A program made the translations under genes and the position numbers. A stretch of 63,308 nucleotides of DNA, filler included, from Nitrospinota bacterium (lineage in GTDB: Bacteria > JAUXIQ01), in NCBI GenBank assembly GCA_030620925.1. It is 13 parts of 13 records of this genome, joined end to end, with 100 filler letters (N's around TTAATTAATTAA, not from the genome) between each part and the next. Parts side by side here need not be neighbours in the genome. Positions count along the whole stretch, not along the records: positions 10,085 to 18,655 come from JAUXIQ010000064.1; positions 18,756 to 21,961 come from JAUXIQ010000349.1; 11 more parts are not named here. One strand, written 5' to 3'. This document shows, piece after piece, positions 10,141 to 19,038 of the stretch (its first letter is position 1; each line of letters starts with the position of its first letter). Under the pieces are notes generated by a model that saw nothing but the letters and a program-made list of their open reading frames with translations, had not been told where the DNA came from and did no database searches.

Positions 10141-10446
10141 ATGTTGGCTTTCTTCAGCGTTTCGCCGGCCGGCAAAGGGGAACACCTGAGCGAGTACGTA
10201 GCTAAAAGCCTTGAGCTCATAGAAACAAGCGGGCTCGATTACATGCTGGGGCCCATGGGGACCACCGTGGAAGGTGAACCGGAGGAAATTTTCGACCTGA
10301 TAAAGCGCTGCCACATGCAAATGAGAGAAGTAGCAGACCGCGTCGGCACTTCCATAAAAATAGACGATCACGTGGGGCGCAAGGGACGGCTTTCGGGGAA
10401 GGTGAAATCGGTTGAAAAAGCACTGGGACACGAAGTTAAAAAATAA
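10141..10446 (+). CDS. MTH1187/YkoF-like thiamine-binding protein
   Basis: FSVSP, SGLDYMLGPMGTTVEG, IKIDD and KVKSVE pattern; 101 aa. Confidence 0.88.
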   Translation: MLAFFSVSPAGKGEHLSEYVAKSLELIETSGLDYMLGPMGTTVEGEPEEIFDLIKRCHMQMREVADRVGTSIKIDDHVGRKGRLSGKVKSVEKALGHEVKK

Positions 10447-10526
10447 TCTGAGGGAATTACATATAAGCGCATAAAATCGGGCAGGATTGAGGGGAATCAG
10501 ATTAAGGTGGGGTACGCTTTCTAAGC

Positions 10527-11612
10527 TCAGGCTGAGGTTACTAACTTATCTTCGAATTTTCGCATGGCGAGGCCCACCCCCACAACAGCTATGGGGGCCA
10601 TATACTCTATATATTCGGGGTCGTAAACTTTCTCGTTCACTTCGATTTTCCTGAAGGAATTCGCTATCTCCACGGGTATATCCAGTTTTCCCGACATAAA
10701 CTTATCGATCCCCTCGATCTTGGCCGTGCCTCCGGTCAGTAAAATTTTCTCTATAGCAGCCTCTGAAGTCTCTCGGAATAGCTCGAATGAGTTGCTGACC
10801 TCGGAGCACAATTCCTCCAGGGCTTCTATTATTATTCCCTTTATTTTGAGAGGCGAGATTCCTTCCATCACCGCCCCTTTCTTCAACTGCTCGGCCATTT
10901 CCACGTCTATTTCCAGCTCATCGCGAATGGTAAAAGTAATCACATCCCCCCCGCAGTTGATATCTCTCGTGAAAGTGGTGATGCCCTCCTCCAGTATGTT
11001 TACACTGGTTACACCGGCTCCCGCGTCTATTAGAGCTATCACGGCGTCTTCATCCACCCCGTAATTCAGTTCATACCCGTTTTCGATGGCGAAAACGTCC
11101 ACATCCACAACGATGGGATTGAGACCGGCCTCCTCGACCAGAGACTTATAATCGTTTACCTTCTCTTGCTCCGCGGCTATCAAGAGCACTTCGCGCTGAG
11201 CGTCTTCATCGTCTTCAATTGTTTCACTCTCGGATATGATATGGTAATCGAGGGCGGCTTCGGAGACATCGAAAGGAATATACTGCTCGGCCTCTATGCT
11301 CAGCAGGTCCCCGACGTCGTATTCTGAGGAAGCCGGCAGGGTTATCTTTTTTATTACCACAGCCCTTCCAGGAATAGCCACTACAGCGTTCTTCGTGCTT
11401 ACGTTCTCTGTGCTCACAAGGGTTCGAATGGCGTTGACAATGACTTCCGGTTTCTCGATGTTATCCTCGTAGATGGTTTCTCTTTCAAGCTCGAAGCTAC
11501 CGAATGCCTTAAGAGAATGTCCCCCTTTGGCCTCCTCAAGCTGCACCAATTTTACTGAATTGCTTCCGATGTCTATGCCTACGACGGGGTCTTTTTTGGA
11601 GGGAAACAACAT
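10527..11612 (-). CDS. pilM: Type IV pilus assembly protein PilM
   Basis: GIDIGSNSVKLV, EAEQYIPF, VDVDVFA, IDAGA, LTGGTA and VGLAMR (actin-like PilM fold). Confidence 0.92.
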   Translation of the reverse strand: MLFPSKKDPVVGIDIGSNSVKLVQLEEAKGGHSLKAFGSFELERETIYEDNIEKPEVIVNAIRTLVSTENVSTKNAVVAIPGRAVVIKKITLPASSEYDVGDLLSIEAEQYIPFDVSEAALDYHIISESETIEDDEDAQREVLLIAAEQEKVNDYKSLVEEAGLNPIVVDVDVFAIENGYELNYGVDEDAVIALIDAGAGVTSVNILEEGITTFTRDINCGGDVITFTIRDELEIDVEMAEQLKKGAVMEGISPLKIKGIIIEALEELCSEVSNSFELFRETSEAAIEKILLTGGTAKIEGIDKFMSGKLDIPVEIANSFRKIEVNEKVYDPEYIEYMAPIAVVGVGLAMRKFEDKLVTSA

Positions 11613-11686
11613 GGCTTTTTCCTTCAAAGATAGTCTATTAACTCAAGAGGCTTCTCTTTTCAAAGCCCCATTCCCCATAGCTTTTC

Positions 11687-14017
11687 CTAATCGGCCGGAC
11701 GAATGGGAACCCGCTTCTCTGGTTTCGCAGCCTTTGGGGGTTCCTGAACTTTATTCTTCTCCTTATTCTTATCTTTATCCTTATCGTTATTCTTATCGAT
11801 ATCTGTTTCCTTATTCTGACCGCTCAGCCGCAGGTTTGCCTCCTGGAGCCTGTTCGAAAGCGAGCTGATCAGCTTGAGAGATATATCGGGATATTTTTCG
11901 ATGGTTTCTTTGAGCTTATCCCCCGGGAATAGTTTTACAACACTCTTACCTTTGGACCACACCGAAAACGGCCTGGCAGAACCGGTCACCGCGCTCATCT
12001 CACCGAAGTATTCCCCGGGCTGAGTTATTTCCCCCACTGTTACTCCATCGACGGTCATCACCAAACGACCCTGGATAAGTTTGTAGAAACTGTCGTCACT
12101 GTTGCCCTCTTTGATGACCAGGTCTCCATCCTCATACACCTTTTCATCGGGGTTCAGCAGATAGGCGGGCATCATCTCCTTTTCTTTTATCGTCTTTCTT
12201 AAAACCTCATCGAGTGTGGTTACCCCTTCTTTGACCTTAATCAGCCCTTCCTGCCTCAGGGTATTCATGCCTTCCTTCATCGATATTTTCCTGAGCTGGT
12301 GTTCGGTCACGTTTGCGGTTATGGCTTCCTTGACAACTTCGTTCACTTCCAATATCTCGTATATCGCTACCCGCCCTTTAAAACCTGTTCCTCCACAGGT
12401 GGGGCATCCCCGCCCGTAATACAGTCGCAACTTGGAGAATTCATGCGGCAAGAAGCCCGCCTCTTTAAGCATGCCGGCGTTTATTCTGGTCACCGGTGTT
12501 TTGCATTCCTGGCAAATCCGCCTCAGCAGTCTCTGGGATACCACCATGGAAACCGATGACGCGACCATGTATGACGGCACACCGATATCGATCAGTCGGC
12601 CTATGGTAGCGGGACAGTCGTTGGTATGCAGCGTGCTGAAAACCATGTGGCCGGTCATAGCTGCCTTGATGGCGATATCGGCGGTCTCCAGGTCACGGAT
12701 TTCACCTACCATGATGATATCAGGGTCCTGCCTGAGAAAAGACCTCAAGGCGGCAGCGAAGGTAAGGCCAACGTCTTCTCTCACCAACACCTGGTTGATG
12801 CCCTTGAAGTTGAACTCCACGGGGTCTTCCGCCGTCAATATCTTGCGATCAGGTGTATTAAGCACGTTGAGGGCTGAATAGAGGGTAGTGGTTTTTCCGC
12901 TTCCCGTGGGGCCGGTGACTAAAACCAGGCCGTAGGGTTTATAAATGGTCCTCTTGAATATCTCGTAGCCATCCTCCGTGAAACCGAGCTTGGTCAAATT
13001 AACGTTGAGGTTGGATTTATCAAGAATACGGAGAACGATGGACTCCCCGAAAAGTGTGGGAAGCGTGGAGACACGGAAATCGACTTCTTTCTGGGCCCCC
13101 ACTTTCATTTTGATTCGGCCGTCTTGCGGCACACGGCGCTCAGATATATCCAGGTGCGAGAGTATTTTTATCCTGGAGGTGATTGCGTTCTTCAACTGAA
13201 GGGGCAGGTTCATAGACTGAAAAAGAGACCCGTCCAGCCTGTACCTGACGTAAAAAGCTTTCTCGAACGGCTCTATGTGAACGTCGCTTATGCCGTCTTT
13301 AACAGCTTTGATCAATATACCGTTCACCAGTTTTATAATGGGGGCGTCTTCTGCTTTGTATAATTCCGCCTCTTCCTTTTGCGTCAACACCTCTATTGAC
13401 ATGTCATCCGCCGCCTCGGAAGCGAGGGAGCCGAAATCATCAATATCCTGCATGGATACAGTCTCTTCCTGCTCCTCCACAACCACAGGCGTGGCGTCTA
13501 TAAGGCTCTTATACTCTTCCTCGCTTATCTTGTAGTACTTTTTATAGGCTTCTGCGATGCTCTTTTCCGTGGCCACGTAAGCTTTTATGGATAGCTTTGT
13601 CTTGCTCTGGAGGGTTTCGACAGTGAGGAAGTTCGTGGGGTCTGCCATGGCCACGGTGAGGACATCATTCTGAGTTTCTATGGGGAAGACGAAATGCTCG
13701 CTGGCCAGTTCATAAGGGACCAGGTTTGTAACTTCTTCCTTAATCTTATGCTGAGCGATATCTATGATAGGGAAATTATACTGGCGGCTTAAGAAATTGA
13801 CTATGGTATCGTCCTCGATATAGCCCAATTTCACCAGTACGCTGCCCAGCCTGCCCGCGTTCTTCTTCTGGAATTGAAGCGCCTCGTCCAATTGATACTT
13901 GGTTATCTGGCCGGCGCGAAGTAAAAGTTCTCCTATTTTCCGTTTGGCTCTATCGGAGGACCCGTCACGGACAGTCTTCTTGAAGGCAGTTTTCCTTTCG
14001 TCAAGCTGAGGAGCCAT
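11687..14017 (-). CDS. pilB: Type IV pilus assembly ATPase PilB with N-terminal MshEN motif and C-terminal cNMP-binding domain
   Basis: SDVHIEP, GPTGSGKT, EDPVE, RQDPDIIMVGEIRD, STLHTND and a tetracysteine Zn motif, plus an extra ~110-aa domain with GEYFGEMS...R. Confidence 0.93.
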   Translation of the reverse strand: MAPQLDERKTAFKKTVRDGSSDRAKRKIGELLLRAGQITKYQLDEALQFQKKNAGRLGSVLVKLGYIEDDTIVNFLSRQYNFPIIDIAQHKIKEEVTNLVPYELASEHFVFPIETQNDVLTVAMADPTNFLTVETLQSKTKLSIKAYVATEKSIAEAYKKYYKISEEEYKSLIDATPVVVEEQEETVSMQDIDDFGSLASEAADDMSIEVLTQKEEAELYKAEDAPIIKLVNGILIKAVKDGISDVHIEPFEKAFYVRYRLDGSLFQSMNLPLQLKNAITSRIKILSHLDISERRVPQDGRIKMKVGAQKEVDFRVSTLPTLFGESIVLRILDKSNLNVNLTKLGFTEDGYEIFKRTIYKPYGLVLVTGPTGSGKTTTLYSALNVLNTPDRKILTAEDPVEFNFKGINQVLVREDVGLTFAAALRSFLRQDPDIIMVGEIRDLETADIAIKAAMTGHMVFSTLHTNDCPATIGRLIDIGVPSYMVASSVSMVVSQRLLRRICQECKTPVTRINAGMLKEAGFLPHEFSKLRLYYGRGCPTCGGTGFKGRVAIYEILEVNEVVKEAITANVTEHQLRKISMKEGMNTLRQEGLIKVKEGVTTLDEVLRKTIKEKEMMPAYLLNPDEKVYEDGDLVIKEGNSDDSFYKLIQGRLVMTVDGVTVGEITQPGEYFGEMSAVTGSARPFSVWSKGKSVVKLFPGDKLKETIEKYPDISLKLISSLSNRLQEANLRLSGQNKETDIDKNNDKDKDKNKEKNKVQEPPKAAKPEKRVPIRPAD

Positions 14018-14375
14018 TTCTTATCATCCTTTTACAAAAGGAATTTTTTACGATATAAACAAAATGTATGATTGTCTCATTATGGTTGCAGATGTGGGAT
14101 ATTCGAAAACTACACTATTAAGATTAAGCATTCTATTGTAGCCCAAAATTGCCTATCTTAATATTATAAGTTGGCGTTTTAAATACGTCAAGTTTTAACC
14201 CTGAAAACCCCGTTTACGCATTTAGCGTTTAAATATAGGCATTTGCCCATCCCAAAACTCTTGCCTATATCTATATCGAATAAGTTGAAGGAACTCTTGA
14301 GGGTTGATGTGAAATCTTTTTTTATGCTATCATTGAGATTAGTTTAATATTGTCGGAGTTTATAAACTTAACTGA

Positions 14376-15047
14376 TTGAATTTATTAATGATATTTAAAA
14401 GGGATAGGCGATTGACCTCTCAGGCCGGCGAGATTTTCGACATCCTGGACGACCACTATCCCGAGGCGGCCATCGCCCTCAACTTCGAGAGCCCCCTGCA
14501 GCTTTTAGTGGCCATCATCCTGGCCGCCCAGTGCACCGATGAAAGGGTAAATTCTGTCACCGAAGGTCTTTTCAGGAAGTACCCCACTGTAAAGGATTAC
14601 GCCGGGGTAAAGCTCCAGGAATTGGAGGAAGACATAAGGTCCACCGGATTCTACCGGAATAAGGCCAAAAGCATTAAGAACGCCGCCGCCCTGATAGTTG
14701 ACGAGTTCAATGACAAGGTACCTGATAACCTGGACGACCTGGTTAAACTTCCGGGTATAGGCCGAAAATCCGCCAACATAATCCTCAACGAATGCTTCGA
14801 CACCCCTGCCATTGGGGTAGACACTCACGTCCTGCGCTTAAGCCGGCGGCTGGGCTTCTCAGACGAGAAGAATCCGGACAAGGTGGAGAAAGACCTGTGC
14901 GCTGTAATTCCGTCGGAGAAATGGCACCGGGTTACCCGCGTGCTCACCCTGCATGGAAAAACCCTGTGCAGCGCCAGAAAACCACTTTGCGGCCAGTGCC
15001 CCGTGGAGAAGCTTTGTGCATGGCGTAAAACCGAATCCGGCTCATGA
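14376..15047 (+). CDS. nth: Endonuclease III
   Basis: AQCTDERVN, HhH motif LPGIGRKSAN, VDTH and C-x6-C-x2-C-x5-C cluster; exact start uncertain. Confidence 0.95.
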   Translation: MNLLMIFKRDRRLTSQAGEIFDILDDHYPEAAIALNFESPLQLLVAIILAAQCTDERVNSVTEGLFRKYPTVKDYAGVKLQELEEDIRSTGFYRNKAKSIKNAAALIVDEFNDKVPDNLDDLVKLPGIGRKSANIILNECFDTPAIGVDTHVLRLSRRLGFSDEKNPDKVEKDLCAVIPSEKWHRVTRVLTLHGKTLCSARKPLCGQCPVEKLCAWRKTESGS

Positions 15048-15147
15048 TACAGATGTCTGTTTTAGGATAGTAGTTGTTATTTCTTTGCCGGTGGGTGAAT
15101 GCGCCCTTAAGATCAACCCGTTTTGAGGAAGAGGAGGAGAAAAGAGA

Positions 15148-15924
15148 ATGGACACCGTAATTTACGAAATCAAAGACAAGATAGCCTACATTACCATCAA
15201 CCGGCCTGAAGCCTACAACGCATGCGATCAACCCACCTACGATCGGCTCTCAGAAGTCTGGCACGATTTCCGGGATAATGAAGACGCCTGGGTGGCCATC
15301 CTCACCGGCATGGGAGAGAAAGCCTTCTGCGCCGGCAGCGACATCAAGCTCAATTTCTCCTTCATGCCCCATCCCTCCGAAGCTTTCGAGCCTCAGGCCG
15401 ATAGGGACATAATGCGGGGGCTGGACATTTGGAAACCCATCATTGCGGCCGTTAACGGGCACTGCAACGGCGGGGGCATGGAGATGGCCCTATCCTGTGA
15501 TATAAGGGTCGCCTCGGAGAACGCCCAGTTCGGCCTGGGCGAGGTGAAGCTGGGTCTTCTGCCCGGCGGAGGAGGAACGCAAAGGCTCCCCAGGACGGTT
15601 CCCCTCTGCCACGCCCTGTGGATGCTCTACACCGGCGAGCGGATCGACGCCCAGGAGGCTTACCGGATAGGTCTGGTGAATAAAGTAGTCCCTCTTGCCG
15701 ATCTCATGCCCACCGCTGAAGAGATGGCCGGGAAAATCCTGGCCGCCGGCCCCCTGTCGGTTAGGGCCATCAAACAGGCAGCCATAAGAGGAATGAGCAT
15801 GCCCCTCGAGGACGGCCTGGGGTTGGAAGCGCAACTTTTCCGCCTCCTGCGTGTAACCGAGGACAGTGTGGAAGGCCCCCGGGCTTTCGCCGAGAAACGC
15901 CCGGCGGAGTGGAAAGCCAGGTAG
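15148..15924 (+). CDS. Enoyl-CoA hydratase/isomerase
   Basis: AFCAGSD, KPIIAAVNG, GGGMEMALSCD and GGGGTQRLPR. Confidence 0.93.
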   Translation: MDTVIYEIKDKIAYITINRPEAYNACDQPTYDRLSEVWHDFRDNEDAWVAILTGMGEKAFCAGSDIKLNFSFMPHPSEAFEPQADRDIMRGLDIWKPIIAAVNGHCNGGGMEMALSCDIRVASENAQFGLGEVKLGLLPGGGGTQRLPRTVPLCHALWMLYTGERIDAQEAYRIGLVNKVVPLADLMPTAEEMAGKILAAGPLSVRAIKQAAIRGMSMPLEDGLGLEAQLFRLLRVTEDSVEGPRAFAEKRPAEWKAR

Positions 15925-15941
15925 CAGGTTAACGGGTATTG

Positions 15942-15976
15942 AGGTAAGGGGGCTCTCAGACTGGCGCCCCCTTACC
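15942..15976 (+). terminator. Hairpin downstream of the enoyl-CoA hydratase
   Basis: GGTAAGGGGGC...GCCCCCTTACC inverted repeat with no strong U-tract. Confidence 0.45.
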
Positions 15977-16119
15977 GCTCCTTCGAGTCAAAGAGCGCCT
16001 CAGCGATGGGCCGTAAAATCGTTGTGTGCTTGACAATTGAGGATTTTTATTATGGGGAATGTTATAATGAATATAATTGTAATAAAGCAATGGGAACATC
16101 CATTTTAAGGAGCGATATC

Positions 16120-17748
16120 ATGGGTAATTCAGATGCGAAAAAGAATCATCAGGAAGGCCTGAAGGAAGTAGAGCTGCCTTCGGGTATAAAGATCAAACCC
16201 GTCTACGGCCCGGAAGACACGGCACACCTGGATTATCAGCAAGACGTGGGAAACCCGGGAGAATACCCCTATCTCCGGGGCCCCTACGGCACAATGTACA
16301 GGGGCCGCCCCTGGACCAAGCGCCTCTACGCCGGCTATGGCACCTCTGAAGACACCAACAAGCGCTTCAAATTCCTCATGGAGAACGGCCAGACCGGCCT
16401 GAGCATGGCTCTGGACCTCCCCACTCAGTTGGGCATGGACTCCGGCGACCCGCTGGCGGTGGCCGACGTAGGCCGCGTGGGCGTGGCCATCGACACACTG
16501 AAAGACTTGGAGGGCGTCTTCGAGGGCATCGACCTCGGCAATATCAGCACATCATTCACCATCAACTCCACCGCCGCCATCCTTCTGGCAATGTACATCG
16601 CGGTGGGAGACAAGCAGGGGGTGCCCCAGGAGAAACTGACCGGCACCATCCAGAACGACATTCTCAAAGAATACGTCGCCCGGGGGACGTGGATATTCCC
16701 CATCGAGCCTTCAGTGCGTCTCATCGGAGATACCATCGAATACTGCGCCAACCATATTCCCAGGTTCAACTCCATAAGCATCTCCGGCCCCCACATGCGC
16801 GAGGCGGGCGCCACCGCCGTGCAGGAGCTGGCCTACACCTTCGGCAACGCTAAAGAGTATATAAAAGAGGTGCTGAGGCGAGGATATGATATAGACGACT
16901 TCGCCCCCAGCCTCTCCTTCATATTCTGCAACCGGGACAACTTCTTCGAAGAGATATGCAAGTACCGTGCGGCCAGACGCTTATGGGCCCGCATCATGAA
17001 AGAGGAATACGGAGCCAAGAACCCCAAATCCATGATGCTCCGCTTCGCCGCCGGAGGAGGCGGCCTGTGCATGACCAAGAACCAGCCCAAACTGAACATA
17101 GCCCGCAGCACACTGGTGGCTCTCTCTTCGGTGCTGGGAGGCACCCAATCGCTGCTGCTGGCAGCCTATGACGAAGCATATGCCATCCCCACCGAGGAAT
17201 CGGCCCGCCTGGCGCTTATGATTCAGAACCTGCTGGGCGAGGAAGTGGGCGTGGCCGATACTGCCGACCCCCTGGCGGGTTCCTACTTCATAGAATCTCT
17301 GACCGATGAAATCGAGAAGAAAACCAGGGAGGTCATTGAAAAGATAGACGTCATGGGCGGGATGGTGAGCGCCATAAAGGAGGGGCTTATCCAGCGGGAA
17401 CTCGCCCGCGAGGCCTACATTGAGGAGATAAGCATCCAGAAAGGCGAAAAGGTCAAGATAGGGATAAACAAGTACGTAGTCGAAGAAGACGAAGAAGAGG
17501 ATATGGAAATCCACCAGATGCCGGAGGACACCATCAGGAAACAGGTGGAGAGCACCATGAAGGTAAAGGAGGAGCGCGATCAGGGCAAGACTGACGAAGC
17601 GCTCATCGCCCTTTCCGAGGCGGCCAAGGGAACGGAAAACATGATGCCCTACCTGATAAACGCGGTAAAGGAATACGCCACCGTGGGCGAGATAGTATCC
17701 ACGTTTAAAAGCGTCTTCGGAGCCTACCAGGAGATCACCGGAATATAG
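16120..17748 (+). CDS. B12-dependent acyl-CoA mutase, substrate-binding (large) subunit, methylmalonyl-CoA mutase family
   Basis: PGEYPYLRG, DLPTQLG, GTIQNDILKEY and DPLAGSY; no DxHxxG B12 domain (split type); RBS AAGGAG before ATG 16120. Confidence 0.93.
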   Translation: MGNSDAKKNHQEGLKEVELPSGIKIKPVYGPEDTAHLDYQQDVGNPGEYPYLRGPYGTMYRGRPWTKRLYAGYGTSEDTNKRFKFLMENGQTGLSMALDLPTQLGMDSGDPLAVADVGRVGVAIDTLKDLEGVFEGIDLGNISTSFTINSTAAILLAMYIAVGDKQGVPQEKLTGTIQNDILKEYVARGTWIFPIEPSVRLIGDTIEYCANHIPRFNSISISGPHMREAGATAVQELAYTFGNAKEYIKEVLRRGYDIDDFAPSLSFIFCNRDNFFEEICKYRAARRLWARIMKEEYGAKNPKSMMLRFAAGGGGLCMTKNQPKLNIARSTLVALSSVLGGTQSLLLAAYDEAYAIPTEESARLALMIQNLLGEEVGVADTADPLAGSYFIESLTDEIEKKTREVIEKIDVMGGMVSAIKEGLIQRELAREAYIEEISIQKGEKVKIGINKYVVEEDEEEDMEIHQMPEDTIRKQVESTMKVKEERDQGKTDEALIALSEAAKGTENMMPYLINAVKEYATVGEIVSTFKSVFGAYQEITGI

Positions 17749-17766
17749 TTCAGCAGGAAACCGGGG

Positions 17767-18655
17767 CTAGGCCTGCGCCTCATTATTTTTCTGAAAATAT
17801 TGAAGGAAACCCTCCACCGCGGAGAGCAAAAGCTCCCCGAAGGTTTCCGCCTGACGGTTTTCCTGGGCTACGCTGAACATGGGGGCCTCCAGCAGCGTTC
17901 GGGCCATCCCCTCCGGACTGACTCCCTCCCGATGGAGACGGGAAAGAACGGAGTGTATGTGCTCTATCTGCGCTTTAGAAAGGGCTAGGGTCTCCGCCAC
18001 TCTTTCGGTGAACCCGAATTGCGAAAAGCAGAGCATATCGGGCTCAAGCAAAGCCAGTTTTTCCAGGCTTCTCAGCGTTTCCGGATAATCGAAGCCCGGG
18101 GGGGCGATGGCGGGATAAAGTATATCCCCGACGGGTATATAGTGGCCGGGAAGCTCTCCCACGAATGCGAGCTTTCCACCCTCTTCGAAAATCAACAGAT
18201 GATGAGGCGCGTGGCCCGGCGCGGGGTAAATTCGCATGGAGACGCCTCCCCCGGCGTCTATGACCGCATCCTCGACGGGAACTACGTTCTCTTCGGGAAC
18301 GGGAATTATAGGACCGTGAATCTTCAGCACCGCCTCTCGCCCTCCGTAAACCTTATCAGCGCTCGCCAGCAGGCGGGAAGGATCGATAAGATGCCGGGCG
18401 CCACTCTTGTGCACGTAAACTTTAAGCCAGGGCAACTCACGGACCAGCCAACCGGCCCCGCCCGAGTGGTCCAGATGGATGTGAGTGACGATGACGCCGG
18501 CTACATCTTCCCTGCCTATCCCCAGGCTATCCAGCGAGCTGAGAAGAAGGGAAGCTAACTCCTCGGTACCCGTTTCCACCAGGTATACCTTTTCTCCCCG
18601 GATGACGTAGGAGCCGCTACCCGGCGTGGTTACTGTCCCCAGGGTGGACAGATAA
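17767..18655 (-). CDS. Metallo-beta-lactamase-fold hydrolase (5' truncated)
   Basis: THIHLDHSGG and GHAPHH; the frame stays open to the contig end (...SYVIRGEKVYLVETG). Confidence 0.88.
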
Positions 18656-18755
18656 NNNNNNNNNNNNNNNNNNNNNNNNNNNNNNNNNNNNNNNNNNNNT
18701 TAATTAATTAANNNNNNNNNNNNNNNNNNNNNNNNNNNNNNNNNNNNNNNNNNNN

Positions 18756-19031
18756 GATCCCCGCTTCTATAAGGGTATCGGTGCAGGGTGGCGTCCGCCC
18801 CTGATGACAGCAGGGTTCCAGGTTCACGTAAAGCGTTGCGCCGCGAGCCTCCTTCCCCGCCCGCCACAGGGCCTCGATCTCGGCATGAGGTTTTCCCGCC
18901 GCTCGATGATAACCCTTCCCCACGATCGTTCCCTTTTTTATCAGTACCGAACCCACCATGGGGTTGGGGCTGGTCTTACCCGCCCCCTTGCGGGCAAGAG
19001 AAAGGGTGGCCCTCATGTACGACTCGTGCAT
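18756..19031 (-). CDS. ribD: Riboflavin biosynthesis RibD, deaminase part (3' truncated)
   Basis: [11 protein letters not shown] and [14 protein letters not shown]. Confidence 0.93.
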
Positions 19032-19038
19032 GGCCCCA

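Noticed and set aside
14272-14300. Sigma-28-like promoter for pilB (TCAAG...TTCGATAT, minus strand)
   Set aside because: The -10 match is poor and the spacing is off; too weak to call.
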